Positions 1 through 9,639 of a stretch of 64,000 nt of DNA are shown in pieces. Under the pieces are notes generated by a model. The model had not been told where the DNA came from and did not search any database. It worked only from the letters and a program-made list of their open reading frames with translations. Positions within the stretch are counted from its first letter, which is position 1, and the number at the start of each line of letters is the position of its first letter. The stretch lies in IMG/VR virus record IMGVR_UViG_3300012943_000031, positions 1 through 64,000 of that record. One strand, given 5' to 3'. Position numbers and translations under genes: made by a program. This stretch comes from a virus.

Positions 1-803
1 TAAATCTCAACATCACTTATCCCTAGTTCATCACAGACTTTCACAGCATTCTTACTGGTCGTTGAGGAATAGGTCACGTTAGGAAATATTCCATGTTCCA
101 TGTCCAACAATATACCCTGAGAGCCCTCAAATATGTAGCCAGCAAAGTACTCAGTTAAGTCGGTATATGTCATTATTCCTTTAACTATGGTTTTGGTATA
201 CGTAGAACCAACTGCATCATCCCATCTCTGTTTCTCATTGTCGGCTTGAGAATAGAAATAGTCTACCATTTCTTGTGAGCAATTGAGGTCTTTGACCTTT
301 TCCCCGTAATATCTACCTATGCCTCGTAATTTCTCTTCAAGTATCCTAGGATACCTTAAATCACACACAAACAGCTTGTAGGGGCTTTGTTCTTGACGTG
401 CCATAGTTGCACCAACACCTATACCACATGATCCGTGGTTGTAGATTCTTTCCCGTAATCTCCCCCAAGCCACGTCCCAGTACGTAGTCAATTTGGCTAA
501 AGGATGTAAGTAGAGAAGGTTCTTATAACCCTTGTCAATGAGCACATTATGCTCATTCAAGGCATTTGGGGGATAAAAGGTACAATACTCTGACAGGTAA
601 GTGGGTAAACCTCTGCCAGTTCCACTACCATAAGTAGCATAAGTATGCTTGACATCTCCAATTTGTACAGTATGTCCGGCTTGTTGGCCTCCAGAAAACC
701 GGACTACTATGCATGAACCGGGTGACTGTTTGCTGAGGAAATCAGTTGTTATACCTTTTCCCTCATCTCCCATACCCAGTCCTACTACAATCTTGGCTTC
801 CAT
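1..803 (-). CDS. purA: Adenylosuccinate synthetase-like protein (3' end runs off the window)
   Basis: Not in the ORF track. Manual translation from ATG at 803 gives MEAKIVVGLGMGDEGKG...VVRFSGGQQAGHTV...HGSCGIGVG...IFEGSQGILLD...FPNVTYS, the hallmark PurA motifs. Confidence 0.88.
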   Translation of the reverse strand, partial: MEAKIVVGLGMGDEGKGITTDFLSKQSPGSCIVVRFSGGQQAGHTVQIGDVKHTYATYGSGTGRGLPTYLSEYCTFYPPNALNEHNVLIDKGYKNLLYLHPLAKLTTYWDVAWGRLRERIYNHGSCGIGVGATMARQEQSPYKLFVCDLRYPRILEEKLRGIGRYYGEKVKDLNCSQEMVDYFYSQADNEKQRWDDAVGSTYTKTIVKGIMTYTDLTEYFAGYIFEGSQGILLDMEHGIFPNVTYSSTTSKNAVKVCDELGISDVEI

Positions 804-807
804 AGGC

Positions 808-1746
808 TTAAAGAATTATAGGTGTGCCTGATCCTACAGTAGGCTCAGGATTTTTAATGGTGTCACCACCTTCCTGAGGAGCATCTCTGTTGATAACAGA
901 TGCTTTAGGTGTAGCATGAGAGTAGGAAACTACAATATCGGCAATTTTATTTGCCAAACCATCATAGTCACTTCTTCCACAATCAACTACATTTTCTGAT
1001 CCTATCAGGGTAGACCATGTATGTTTGCAGTTACCCAAATCCATGTGGTAAATATTCCACTTGTCTTTTAAGGCATCTACCAAATGTTCTGTTTTTACTG
1101 ATTCTTTAGAAGCAGCAACAGAACCCATTACTTCATCAATTTCCCTAACTGATAAAGTATCATGGCAATGGTCATCACCAATAGTGAAGATAAATCCTTT
1201 CTGTTTGCGTTTATCCCATGCATCTGTCTGAACATGGTTTAAAGCATAGTAGTAGGGCCAGTTGTAGCTTTCACCACCATTACCACCACCACCATTACTG
1301 ATCCATATCCTTTCCAGCCACATATCCATTTCCTTATCACCACTTTCAAATTGGCCCAGTTGGAATACTCCATTATCAGCATCACAACGGCTATCACCAA
1401 CAGCCATAATGAGGATTTGAGGATCGGCAACACCTTTTTCCATGATTTTACTCACGATTTTGGGTAAGCCTTCCCTGATTAAGTTTTCGGGAATATCTCC
1501 CATACTTCCTGTAACATCCAGAGCTATGATAACAGGTACTGAATTAGGATGTGCGTCACTGTCACGTGATTCACGTAAATGTGCCTTATTTTTGGCATTA
1601 GGAATCATACTTTCATGTGCTGTATGCTTCCTGTTTTGTTCAAAGAGTGCATCTCTAGTTACTGTATAATTACCACTCTTATCTTTTGTGTTCAAGGAAG
1701 CTGTTTTAGCTGACCTTGCATTAAAATTATAGGAACTTCCACCCAT
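808..1746 (-). CDS. vWA-domain protein (Ter/PurA-associated type)
   Basis: MIDAS-like IIALDVTGSMG, GGGGNGGESY and FIFTIGD motifs. Confidence 0.8.
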   Translation of the reverse strand: MGGSSYNFNARSAKTASLNTKDKSGNYTVTRDALFEQNRKHTAHESMIPNAKNKAHLRESRDSDAHPNSVPVIIALDVTGSMGDIPENLIREGLPKIVSKIMEKGVADPQILIMAVGDSRCDADNGVFQLGQFESGDKEMDMWLERIWISNGGGGNGGESYNWPYYYALNHVQTDAWDKRKQKGFIFTIGDDHCHDTLSVREIDEVMGSVAASKESVKTEHLVDALKDKWNIYHMDLGNCKHTWSTLIGSENVVDCGRSDYDGLANKIADIVVSYSHATPKASVINRDAPQEGGDTIKNPEPTVGSGTPIIL

Positions 1747-1780
1747 TGTATTGATTTTTAGAGGGTTATGAAAAATAGAA

Positions 1781-2134
1781 TTATGGTGCTATTACCTCTG
1801 CTGCCTCTTCAGGACTGAATAGGTCATCATATTTCTTCTGAGCAATTTCCAGTTTGATTTCGAGATTACGAATCTCTACCCCTTTTTCCAAATCTTTCTT
1901 AACAAAGAGGGCTGCATCAAACTTCTCAACTGTCAGAGAATATGTGTTACCGGGAGATAAATCCAAGGCAGCATCTCTTTCTCTCCTCAGACGTTTTAAA
2001 TCCCTGTCCATATTCTCAATTTCCCTCTTATACTCCAACTCCACATCTTCAATGATGGCAATAGCTCTGTCATCACGAATTTGTTTGTTGTTACGGGTGA
2101 GGATTTTCCCGAACTTGCTGTTTTTTAAGTCCAT
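1781..2134 (-). CDS. Hypothetical coiled-coil protein
   Basis: ORF track 1781..2188. The ATG at 2134 follows an A-rich AAAAACCAATAAA leader and is the more likely start. Confidence 0.7.
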   Translation of the reverse strand: MDLKNSKFGKILTRNNKQIRDDRAIAIIEDVELEYKREIENMDRDLKRLRRERDAALDLSPGNTYSLTVEKFDAALFVKKDLEKGVEIRNLEIKLEIAQKKYDDLFSPEEAAEVIAP

Positions 2135-2403
2135 TTTATTGGTTTTTAAAGTGTTAACTAAATCTTCTCCCTGTTGCATTACGTACACTAGTCCTTCTAG
2201 TTGTAATTCTCAGGGGTTCTGAGATGGGACGATGTGAGTTACCTGTAATAGTACCACTGGTGGGAATGTATATACTCCCAGTCATTTCATCTGTCCAGAA
2301 CTCAGTTTTACTCTTCATGTCTACTTTCTCGAAGTCTACATTAGGTAGTGTCGATTTTGGGTGACTGTTTACCATAGACAGTAAATAGTAAACAGTCCAG
2401 AGG

Positions 2404-3411
2404 TTATGACACCTCTGGCTGTTTTTTAAAGGTTAATAATGATATTCCAATTGAGATTGCTAATACACCTAAAACTATCCATAGGGATAGTGTTCCTCCT
2501 ATATGGAAGAAAGGTGCTGTAACCATCTTTGCTCCTATGAATGCCAATATTAGGGCTACTCCATGTTTTAAATACTTGAAGAGTGGTAGCATGTTGGCTA
2601 ATAGAAAATACATACTTCTTAACCCTAGAATAGCAAAGATGTTACTACTATACAGTATAAAGGGATCTTTACTGACTGAGAATATAGCCGGGATACTATC
2701 CACAGCAAATAGTAAATCAGTAAATTCCACAACACCAACTACAACTAATAGTGGTGTAGCTACCTTAACAAAGGTAATATTATTAGTTCCTGCCTCTTTT
2801 ACCGGTACACTTGCTATAAACTTATCTTCGTGGTAGTGTTTAGTTACCTTATTTTTGAATATTTTCCTGATAAATCTAGCACCTACACTATTATCAAAAT
2901 CCTGTTCCTCCTCATCCGGGACATCATTTAAAGCTTCCTTCATAGCTTTTATACCTGCATATACTAAGAATCCCCCAAATGCTAGTAATAGTATGTTAAT
3001 ATCCATACCAAATACATGTACATCAAGGAATTTCATCAGTGATACACCTGCAAATATGAAGATAGCCCTCAATACAACTGCCCCTATGATACCCCAGAAT
3101 AGTACTTTATGATGATATTGGTCAGGTACTTTGAAGTAGGCAAATATGAGTATGAACACAAATAAATTGTCTACACTCAGTGTTTTTTCAATCACATAGG
3201 CTGATAGGAACTCTGTAGCCTTCTCCTTACCATACAGTCCATAAGTATACCACGCAAATGCCAATGATACACCTACAAATATAGCAGTCCATATAGCTGC
3301 CTCCTTAGTGGAGACTTTGTGGGCCTTTCTACCAACAAATTTCAAGTCAATGATTAATAAAACAATGACTGCTATTATGAAGGGAATGACCAAATCGAGT
3401 TCTGGTATCAT
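2404..3411 (-). CDS. terC: TerC/Alx family integral membrane protein
   Basis: YVIEKTLSVDNLFVF, VLFWGIIGAVVLRAIFI, DLLFAVDSIPAIF and SNIFAILGLRSMYF motifs; multiple TM helices. Confidence 0.95.
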   Translation of the reverse strand: MIPELDLVIPFIIAVIVLLIIDLKFVGRKAHKVSTKEAAIWTAIFVGVSLAFAWYTYGLYGKEKATEFLSAYVIEKTLSVDNLFVFILIFAYFKVPDQYHHKVLFWGIIGAVVLRAIFIFAGVSLMKFLDVHVFGMDINILLLAFGGFLVYAGIKAMKEALNDVPDEEEQDFDNSVGARFIRKIFKNKVTKHYHEDKFIASVPVKEAGTNNITFVKVATPLLVVVGVVEFTDLLFAVDSIPAIFSVSKDPFILYSSNIFAILGLRSMYFLLANMLPLFKYLKHGVALILAFIGAKMVTAPFFHIGGTLSLWIVLGVLAISIGISLLTFKKQPEVS

Positions 3412-3536
3412 GGTATATTATACTGTTTTTTGAGTTTTTTAATACGTCTCCTCCACTTGAAGGAAACTATCCAGTTGGTTACGATTGCAGTTAGAGCTAC
3501 AGCCATAACCAGATAGGTTACAACTAATAGGTTCAT
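3408..3536 (-). CDS. Small single-pass membrane protein (42 aa)
   Basis: MNLLVVTYLVMAVALTAIVTNWIVSFKWRRRIKKLKKQYNIP; its stop overlaps the terC ATG (ATGA). Confidence 0.55.
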   Translation of the reverse strand: MNLLVVTYLVMAVALTAIVTNWIVSFKWRRRIKKLKKQYNIP

Positions 3537-3541
3537 ATAAA

Positions 3542-4270
3542 CTATTTTATGAGTTGTTTAGCACGTGCCTGATGCACATACGAAGGGAACTCAGTTAACA
3601 ATAGTTTATACAGTTCATCATCTGTCTTCTGATCTAAATCATTGACAGAGAAGAAGTTGGCATTATCAATGTTCCTTCCCTGCATGTTATCCAGTTTTTC
3701 AAGGAAGTCAAATCCGGCACGTCCAATACCAACGAACTGGAAGAATATACCTGCATTGGAAGCTTCTTTAACAGCTTCTTCTACACCACTTCTGTTACTC
3801 GTATCACCATCAGTGATAAAAATAACATATACAGGAACATCCATTGTTTTATAGCCACCCAGTCCCAGTAGACCTTTCTTTTCAGCAAAGTCTTTTGTAA
3901 TGGCTTTGATAACAGGAGCATAATCTGTCCCACCCATGCTATATTTGCCAATTACTTTGCTATTAATATAGCCGGGAATGTTGCTGACAGTTAATGCTTC
4001 AGGGAGTTTCTTTACCCCATCGTCGAACAGGTAGAAGTCTACCTCACCATTGTCATCGAAAGCCATACCAATAGGTAATAATCTTTCAACTAAGGTTTGA
4101 ATTTTACCAGATGAATACATCATTGACATACTTCCTGAGAAGTCTAATGCCAATACAACTTGGGCTTTCTGGTGATTTAAGCCCAAGTCTTTACGCAAAT
4201 CCAAGACCTTCTTTTTTCTGAGGTCAAGCTGCTCTACAAGTGTAGGAGCAGGAGTTGTTGTTCCACCCAT
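3542..4270 (-). CDS. vWA domain protein, TerF C-terminal type
   Basis: VVLALDFSGSM, FDDNGEVD, GGTDYAP, FITDG, FFQFVGIG and FLEKLD...RNIDNANFF motifs. Confidence 0.9.
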   Translation of the reverse strand: MGGTTTPAPTLVEQLDLRKKKVLDLRKDLGLNHQKAQVVLALDFSGSMSMMYSSGKIQTLVERLLPIGMAFDDNGEVDFYLFDDGVKKLPEALTVSNIPGYINSKVIGKYSMGGTDYAPVIKAITKDFAEKKGLLGLGGYKTMDVPVYVIFITDGDTSNRSGVEEAVKEASNAGIFFQFVGIGRAGFDFLEKLDNMQGRNIDNANFFSVNDLDQKTDDELYKLLLTEFPSYVHQARAKQLIK

Positions 4271-4437
4271 AATTAGTGTTTTTTAAGATTAGAGGAGTTT
4301 GTTTTGTTACCATTTACTACTACCGGGAGACCTGTAATTTCTCTTTTCCTTTCTGGGAAGTGCTCTCCACTGAGAAGGTTTGAATGATCTAACACACGGT
4401 AAATCAAGCATATAGCTTGGGATGTGTATTTTAATTA

Positions 4438-5277
4438 TCATAACAATTTGTTTTGTAATAGTATTTTTCTCACCTTGGTTATATTCTCGTTATATTCAGG
4501 CATAAGGTGGTAAGAATTACCTATAGCTAAATGATAAATGGTCTGTAATATCTTGAGTGGCTGGAACTGGATGAATGTATCAAACTGCTCATTATCTCTT
4601 TTGAAGATATATTTAACCACACGTGTATTTGGTATCCAATCCTCATTCTTAATTACTTTATCTAAACTATATAAGTCCTTGACAAAGTAATAATTAAGAG
4701 TATTTTCAACCACAGGATTAACATTGGGATTTGCCAATTCTGCAAAGTAGATAAATATTTTATTACATGCATGTTCAAGATTAGGATTAGAATCACTAAT
4801 CATCTTCCTGATGACCTTTTCATGGCTACCAGTAATTTTAATATCATCCATGTAAATGACAGTTTTCCCATCAATAAACTTCCAATCCATGTGGAATTGG
4901 TCATTACTAATCAATCTCATTCTTTCTTCAGCAGATAGTGCTCCATAGTCTTCCTTATATGTTACAGTACGATGAATTTTAGTTTCCTGAACAACAGGTA
5001 AACCTTTCTCAGCCAAATAATCATTTAATTTCTGAACAAAGTAATTCTTCATAGCAAATGTAGCTGTTGGTATGAAATCATACGGTGAGGATGCTACAAC
5101 TATTTGATTTTCAATAGGATGGATGGATAAAAACTGTTTGATAAAACCAGTAGCCAGATCAAAACCAAATTTTCGGGATATGTTTTTATCCCCAAACTTG
5201 AATTTACTGTACTGTTCAGCAGAGAAAGGAAATTCCTTATCACTGTAAATCTTGTGAAGACTATAATGCTCTGTCAT
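4438..5277 (-). CDS. Ter-associated phosphoribosyltransferase-fold protein
   Basis: YSKFKFGD, PYDFIPTA and PRPP-loop-like IYMDDIKITGSHE; lies between HAD and vWA genes. Confidence 0.8.
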   Translation of the reverse strand: MTEHYSLHKIYSDKEFPFSAEQYSKFKFGDKNISRKFGFDLATGFIKQFLSIHPIENQIVVASSPYDFIPTATFAMKNYFVQKLNDYLAEKGLPVVQETKIHRTVTYKEDYGALSAEERMRLISNDQFHMDWKFIDGKTVIYMDDIKITGSHEKVIRKMISDSNPNLEHACNKIFIYFAELANPNVNPVVENTLNYYFVKDLYSLDKVIKNEDWIPNTRVVKYIFKRDNEQFDTFIQFQPLKILQTIYHLAIGNSYHLMPEYNENITKVRKILLQNKLL

Positions 5278-5969
5278 AACAAATCTTTGATTGTGTAATG
5301 TGCCCCTGCTTGATGCTTGGGCTGATTAATAATCATGTAACCAAAACCATATTCATGTGCACCAGCACCATCATACAGTTCACTATCACCTACATGCATG
5401 ACATCTTCTATGTCGTATGGCAGTTTGTCATCAACTGCTCTGAAACATTCTCTATGAGGTTTAGAGTATCCTAATTCGTCTGAATAGATACGAAATAGGA
5501 AATGATTCTTAATGCCCAGTGTTTCAAGAACCACATCGAGAGTTTTACCTCTTATAAATGAGGTGTTAGATAGGAGGGACATTGTTTTAGCTCTCATTTT
5601 CAGTTCCTGTAATACGTCTTTTGTGTCATTATCATATAAGGTAGGAGGATATTTAAGGAATAACTGTTCTAACTCCTTATATATCAATTCCATCTTAAGT
5701 GGTGTAAGGTTAGTTAACTTACCAGTCAATTTGAATAAAACCATAGCATACATCTCCAAGCAATTAGGAGCTTTTCCAAATAGTCTGGATACCTGATCGA
5801 AGTACTTCCAAGTCTCTTGAAAGGCTTCTTCTATCTCATCTCCATTTCTAAGTATCCCATGCTTGGTAAGAAGATATATGTGGAAATATCTCTTCCTTTG
5901 CTCCTTATACTCAGGATTTGGCCGGATAAGGGTATCCCATAAGTCGAATGAATAGTGTTTATGTTGCAT
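5274..5969 (-). CDS. HAD-superfamily hydrolase
   Basis: FDLWDTL (motif I), LLSNT, SKP and HVGDSELYDG motifs. Confidence 0.9.
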   Translation of the reverse strand: MQHKHYSFDLWDTLIRPNPEYKEQRKRYFHIYLLTKHGILRNGDEIEEAFQETWKYFDQVSRLFGKAPNCLEMYAMVLFKLTGKLTNLTPLKMELIYKELEQLFLKYPPTLYDNDTKDVLQELKMRAKTMSLLSNTSFIRGKTLDVVLETLGIKNHFLFRIYSDELGYSKPHRECFRAVDDKLPYDIEDVMHVGDSELYDGAGAHEYGFGYMIINQPKHQAGAHYTIKDLL

Positions 5970-5981
5970 GTGTTTTGTTTT

Positions 5982-6015
5982 AAAAAAAGGGTCTGTGCTA
6001 TCTCAGACCCTTTTT
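5982..6015. terminator. Intrinsic terminator-like hairpin (possibly bidirectional)
   Basis: AAAAAAAGGGTCTG-loop-CAGACCCTTTTT. Confidence 0.6.
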
Positions 6016-6021
6016 ATCTTT

Positions 6022-6594
6022 TTACAGGTATGCCTGACGAAGGCTGTTGATGTCTCCATCTTTTCCTTCACCCAGTGCATTAAATTTCCATTCCCCATCT
6101 TTTTTGTAGAATTCCCCTACTAAGATTGCAGTTCTTGTACTGTAATCTTCATTCAGGTCATACTTAATGATGGATTGTGCAGGATTAGCCGGGTCAAATG
6201 CACGGCAGAATGCACCTTTTACTTGTCCAAAATTCTGTCCGGCCTGAGCATTATAGATGTTAACACCGATAACAACTTTTTCACACTCTGCTGGTAATTC
6301 ACCATGTGTAATAGTGATAACTTCATCATCACCATCACCAGCACCTGTTAAGTTGTCACCACTGTGCTTAACACCCGGTGAGCTTAAATGCCCAAAATAT
6401 ACAGGATTTGCACATTCCTTCCCCTGTGCATTCAACAAGAATGCAAATGCATCCAAGTCAAATGTAACTCCGGGTTGCAAATCCCATCCCAAACCAAATG
6501 CAAATGCAAGAAGTCCGGGGTTTGTTTTTGTCATGTCCACCTTTTGTCCCTTAACAAGGTTCAAAGTAGCTGGAGCTTGAGCTGTTGTACTCAT
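6022..6594 (-). CDS. terD: TerD family stress protein
   Basis: LVKGQKVD, GLGWD, FDLDA, HSGDNLTGAGDGDDE, QNFGQV and EWKFNALGEG motifs. Confidence 0.95.
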   Translation of the reverse strand: MSTTAQAPATLNLVKGQKVDMTKTNPGLLAFAFGLGWDLQPGVTFDLDAFAFLLNAQGKECANPVYFGHLSSPGVKHSGDNLTGAGDGDDEVITITHGELPAECEKVVIGVNIYNAQAGQNFGQVKGAFCRAFDPANPAQSIIKYDLNEDYSTRTAILVGEFYKKDGEWKFNALGEGKDGDINSLRQAYL

Positions 6595-6635
6595 TTTGTT
6601 TTGTTTTTAAATGATTAATAATTATTAAACCGAGT

Positions 6636-6815
6636 TTACTTATCAAACTTGTCTTGTCCAGTGTAACTTTCTTGTTTAGGTGTAATCCATTCATTACAGT
6701 TCAAACACTGACATTCACGTGGTGGGTCTTCAGTAAATATTCTGTCTAATCCCTTTTCAGGATCACAGGTACATTTAGCAACCCACACTATACGTCTTGT
6801 AATTGTTTCGTGCAT
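6636..6815 (-). CDS. Small Cys-rich (putative Zn-binding) protein, 59 aa
   Basis: Manual translation MHETITRRIVWVAKCTCD...RECQCLNCNEW...; below the ORF track cutoff. Confidence 0.55.
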   Translation of the reverse strand: MHETITRRIVWVAKCTCDPEKGLDRIFTEDPPRECQCLNCNEWITPKQESYTGQDKFDK

Positions 6816-6831
6816 ATAATATTATATTTAG

Positions 6832-6903
6832 TACTGAGTACGGGATTCGAACCCGTGTGCCTCCCGTGAAAGGGGAGTGAACTAACCACTATTCTAACTC
6901 AGC
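6832..6903 (-). tRNA. tRNA-Glu(TTC)
   Basis: Acceptor GCTGAGT/ACTCAGT, anticodon arm CTCCC-CTTTCAC-GGGAG, GGTTCGAATCC T-arm; no encoded CCA. Confidence 0.92.
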
Positions 6904-6915
6904 ATACCAGAACCC

Positions 6916-7131
6916 TTATGGGTTCAGTTTCTTACTTCCATTTCCATGCACACGCAGTATTTCTCTTCTGTGTTGTGCCTTAATTACTGCCAATTCAATT
7001 TTCTCCTTAGCTTCCTTCTTAAATACAGAGTAATCTACTCCATGAGTATTACAAGGAGCACCTAAAGTCATGGGTGCATAGCTACTACTACCTTTACTGT
7101 AGCTGAAGAATCTCTCTTTAAAACTAAACAT
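6916..7131 (-). CDS. Hypothetical protein
   Basis: Coupled ORF in the leftward operon. Confidence 0.5.
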   Translation of the reverse strand: MFSFKERFFSYSKGSSSYAPMTLGAPCNTHGVDYSVFKKEAKEKIELAVIKAQHRREILRVHGNGSKKLNP

Positions 7132-7336
7132 ATACCTTTCTCTTTTTTGCTTCGTAAATTTTCATAAGGTTACCATCAGATTCAGCTAAAGCTTTGATTT
7201 CCTTTTCTTTAGCTAAACCTTTTGCATAGATACGAGGGTCATCTGATTTATCATAGAAAAAATCATGTTCCTCCAGAAGCTGTCTCAGTAGCTTTATTCG
7301 AAGGTTTCTTTGCCTGTTGTATTCTGATCTCCTCAT
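7124..7336 (-). CDS. Hypothetical protein
   Basis: Coupled ORF containing HDFFYDKSDD. Confidence 0.6.
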   Translation of the reverse strand: MRRSEYNRQRNLRIKLLRQLLEEHDFFYDKSDDPRIYAKGLAKEKEIKALAESDGNLMKIYEAKKRKVYV

Positions 7337-7688
7337 CGTCTAGTAATTTTCGGTAAATTGATATTGATTGTCTTGCCTCAGAGACTAACCTACCATATTG
7401 TATACGCAGTAAATCTACCTCATGTCTCTCAATGACTAGATTCTTCTTTATATTATTGATGGTCTTCTCATTGTCATCAAGAGTGTCAATTCTATGTGCA
7501 GTGGATAGCAACATGATATTTGCTGTCAGCACAATAGCTAATGAAACAGCCAATATACAGGCATACAAGATGACAACAGATTGATTATGAGGGCCGGGTA
7601 AGAATGTTCCCATTGGATTCACTACACCAAATAGGAATACAGGAATTATCATAATATTGGATAATATAATCCATCTACGTAGTTTCAT
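7263..7688 (-). CDS. Hypothetical membrane protein
   Basis: Two N-terminal hydrophobic helices followed by a coiled coil. Confidence 0.6.
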   Translation of the reverse strand: MKLRRWIILSNIMIIPVFLFGVVNPMGTFLPGPHNQSVVILYACILAVSLAIVLTANIMLLSTAHRIDTLDDNEKTINNIKKNLVIERHEVDLLRIQYGRLVSEARQSISIYRKLLDDEEIRIQQAKKPSNKATETASGGT

Positions 7689-9054
7689 GGTTCCTCCTTT
7701 GTGGTTTAAATTGTTTAATCATTTGTTTCCAATTTCCCTCATTGAGAGTCCCCCTATCCTGCCATTCCAGAGCTTTACCCATTAATGAACCCATTTCTCT
7801 ACCTTGTGTATAACCAATTTCCATTAGTTTTTCACCAGTAACTATTGGCTCCATAGCGTTGGATTCCAATAATTCTTTAGCTCTGTGTTGTCCAATGTCT
7901 GGGGTATATTTAGCCAATGGAGGACGACCAGACAGGTCACACCTGCATACTTCAACCAGTTGTTCATAAGTTAAATTTTTTGCCATTAGTTTGCGTAATG
8001 TTCTCCTAATCACCTTTTCTGACACACCAGTACGAATCATATGCAATTCAACCATAGTTTCTATTTGTCTGATAGTTTTCTTATCAGCAAAATGAATACG
8101 GGTTAACATAGCACGTGTTGGTTTCCATCCTTCAGTCTCGTGACCAATAGACTTTATAGGTAAATCTTTGTTATAGAATACTCCTTTAGTTAAGGGATAA
8201 TCTCCTATAGTTGTAGTTGATACTTTACCTAAATCGTGACAAATCATACATATACGTGTAAACCAATCTTTTGCTTCATCTAGTGTATACATAGTATGCA
8301 TAAACACATCACCTTCTGGATGGTGTAATGGTGATTGTGGTACACCAATGCAATCATGTAGTTCCTTGAAATGATGTGGTAACCATCCAACCTGACGTAA
8401 GAACATAAAGAACACTGATGGCATTTCAGCAGTCTTGAGCATCTTATTTAACTCCATACCTACTCTCTCAGCAGATATATCGGTGGGTTCCATGCTCTTA
8501 CACATGGTAAACAACTCCACTGACGGTTGAAACTCAGGAAAACGTGCCAAGAAACGTGCTGCTCTATATACACGTAAAGAATCCTCCTTAAATGCTATAG
8601 ATGTGGGAGTAAGAAAACTATGTGCAATATGATCTCTTCCCATATATGGATCAACATACTCACCATGAATAACTTCTTTAGCTATTGCATTGATTGTCAA
8701 ATCCCTACGTGCTAAATCCTGTTCAATAGTTACTCCTTCAGTAACTACATCAAAATCTTTACGTGTACCACCAACTAATGTTTCCTTTCTAGCCATAGCA
8801 AAGTCAACTTTTTGACCATCTATATCTGCAATCCATACAGGAAATTTCTGTCCTACTAGTGGAGTTACAGATTCACAGTGTTCAAGGAGTATATCCTCAA
8901 CCTGTCTTGGGTTGGTAACCCCGACCAGACATATATCTATGTCATCAGTCTCGATTCCCATCAATTCATCTCTGACACATCCACCTACATAGTAGGATTT
9001 AATATGATGTTGAGACAAAATCTGGGCTATTTGTTTCAGTTTCTTCTCCAACAT
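7675..9054 (-). CDS. cca: Class II tRNA nucleotidyltransferase (CCA-adding enzyme) with HD domain
   Basis: YYVGGCVRD...DDIDI, ARKE, DLARRDLTINAIA, EDSLRVYRAARF, ISAERV, HHPEGDVFMHT and HDLGK motifs. Confidence 0.93.
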   Translation of the reverse strand: MLEKKLKQIAQILSQHHIKSYYVGGCVRDELMGIETDDIDICLVGVTNPRQVEDILLEHCESVTPLVGQKFPVWIADIDGQKVDFAMARKETLVGGTRKDFDVVTEGVTIEQDLARRDLTINAIAKEVIHGEYVDPYMGRDHIAHSFLTPTSIAFKEDSLRVYRAARFLARFPEFQPSVELFTMCKSMEPTDISAERVGMELNKMLKTAEMPSVFFMFLRQVGWLPHHFKELHDCIGVPQSPLHHPEGDVFMHTMYTLDEAKDWFTRICMICHDLGKVSTTTIGDYPLTKGVFYNKDLPIKSIGHETEGWKPTRAMLTRIHFADKKTIRQIETMVELHMIRTGVSEKVIRRTLRKLMAKNLTYEQLVEVCRCDLSGRPPLAKYTPDIGQHRAKELLESNAMEPIVTGEKLMEIGYTQGREMGSLMGKALEWQDRGTLNEGNWKQMIKQFKPQRRNHETT

Positions 9055-9253
9055 AGTCAATAATTTTATGGAGTTCAGTAACAGCTATTAACTTAACTGC
9101 TCTATCACCCGTTTGTTTTTCAATTTCCTGAATAATTTCCTTGACACTATGAAGATTCTTGAAAGACTCACCAAATGATATAGATTTCAAACCTCTCTCA
9201 CTGGTAATAACATGAGCTTCATATGTGTAAGCAACGAGATATAGTTCTTTCAT
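8999..9253 (-). CDS. Hypothetical protein
   Basis: ORF track; A-rich leader before the ATG. Confidence 0.55.
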   Translation of the reverse strand: MKELYLVAYTYEAHVITSERGLKSISFGESFKNLHSVKEIIQEIEKQTGDRAVKLIAVTELHKIIDYVGEETETNSPDFVSTSY

Positions 9254-9297
9254 TTTACTTTATTTAAAAAAAGGGAGGGTTTCCCCTCCCCATTAGG

Positions 9298-9630
9298 TTA
9301 AACGATTCTTCGGAAGTAATACTTCAAAACACATGTTTTGATGCCACCTGTGGGATACTTTTCACATGTAACTACTTCACTGTCAACAACATACTCAGAA
9401 CGGTCAGCCAATTCAATATTGGTGATTTGAGTGAAGAAACCTGCCAACACTGCATTGGCATTGTGTTTTAGTGTCTCACTATCATTTTCACCTTTGATGG
9501 TTAATAACTGTTCTTCTATATCAGTATCAATAGTAGTTTTTAAGGTCGGTGTAAAATGGGATAACTCTTTTATTACTGTCCCATCTTCGTTGTAGTTCAT
9601 TGTGACGATCCCTATCTCTAAAGTGTTCAT
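9298..9630 (-). CDS. Hypothetical protein
   Basis: ORF track; followed by a terminator-like hairpin at 9266-9290. Confidence 0.6.
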   Translation of the reverse strand: MNTLEIGIVTMNYNEDGTVIKELSHFTPTLKTTIDTDIEEQLLTIKGENDSETLKHNANAVLAGFFTQITNIELADRSEYVVDSEVVTCEKYPTGGIKTCVLKYYFRRIV

Positions 9631-9639
9631 TATAACGGA

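Noticed and set aside
2154-2375. 73-aa ORF between terC and the coiled-coil gene
   Set aside because: No recognisable features or typical A-rich start context; it may be real but I cannot support it.
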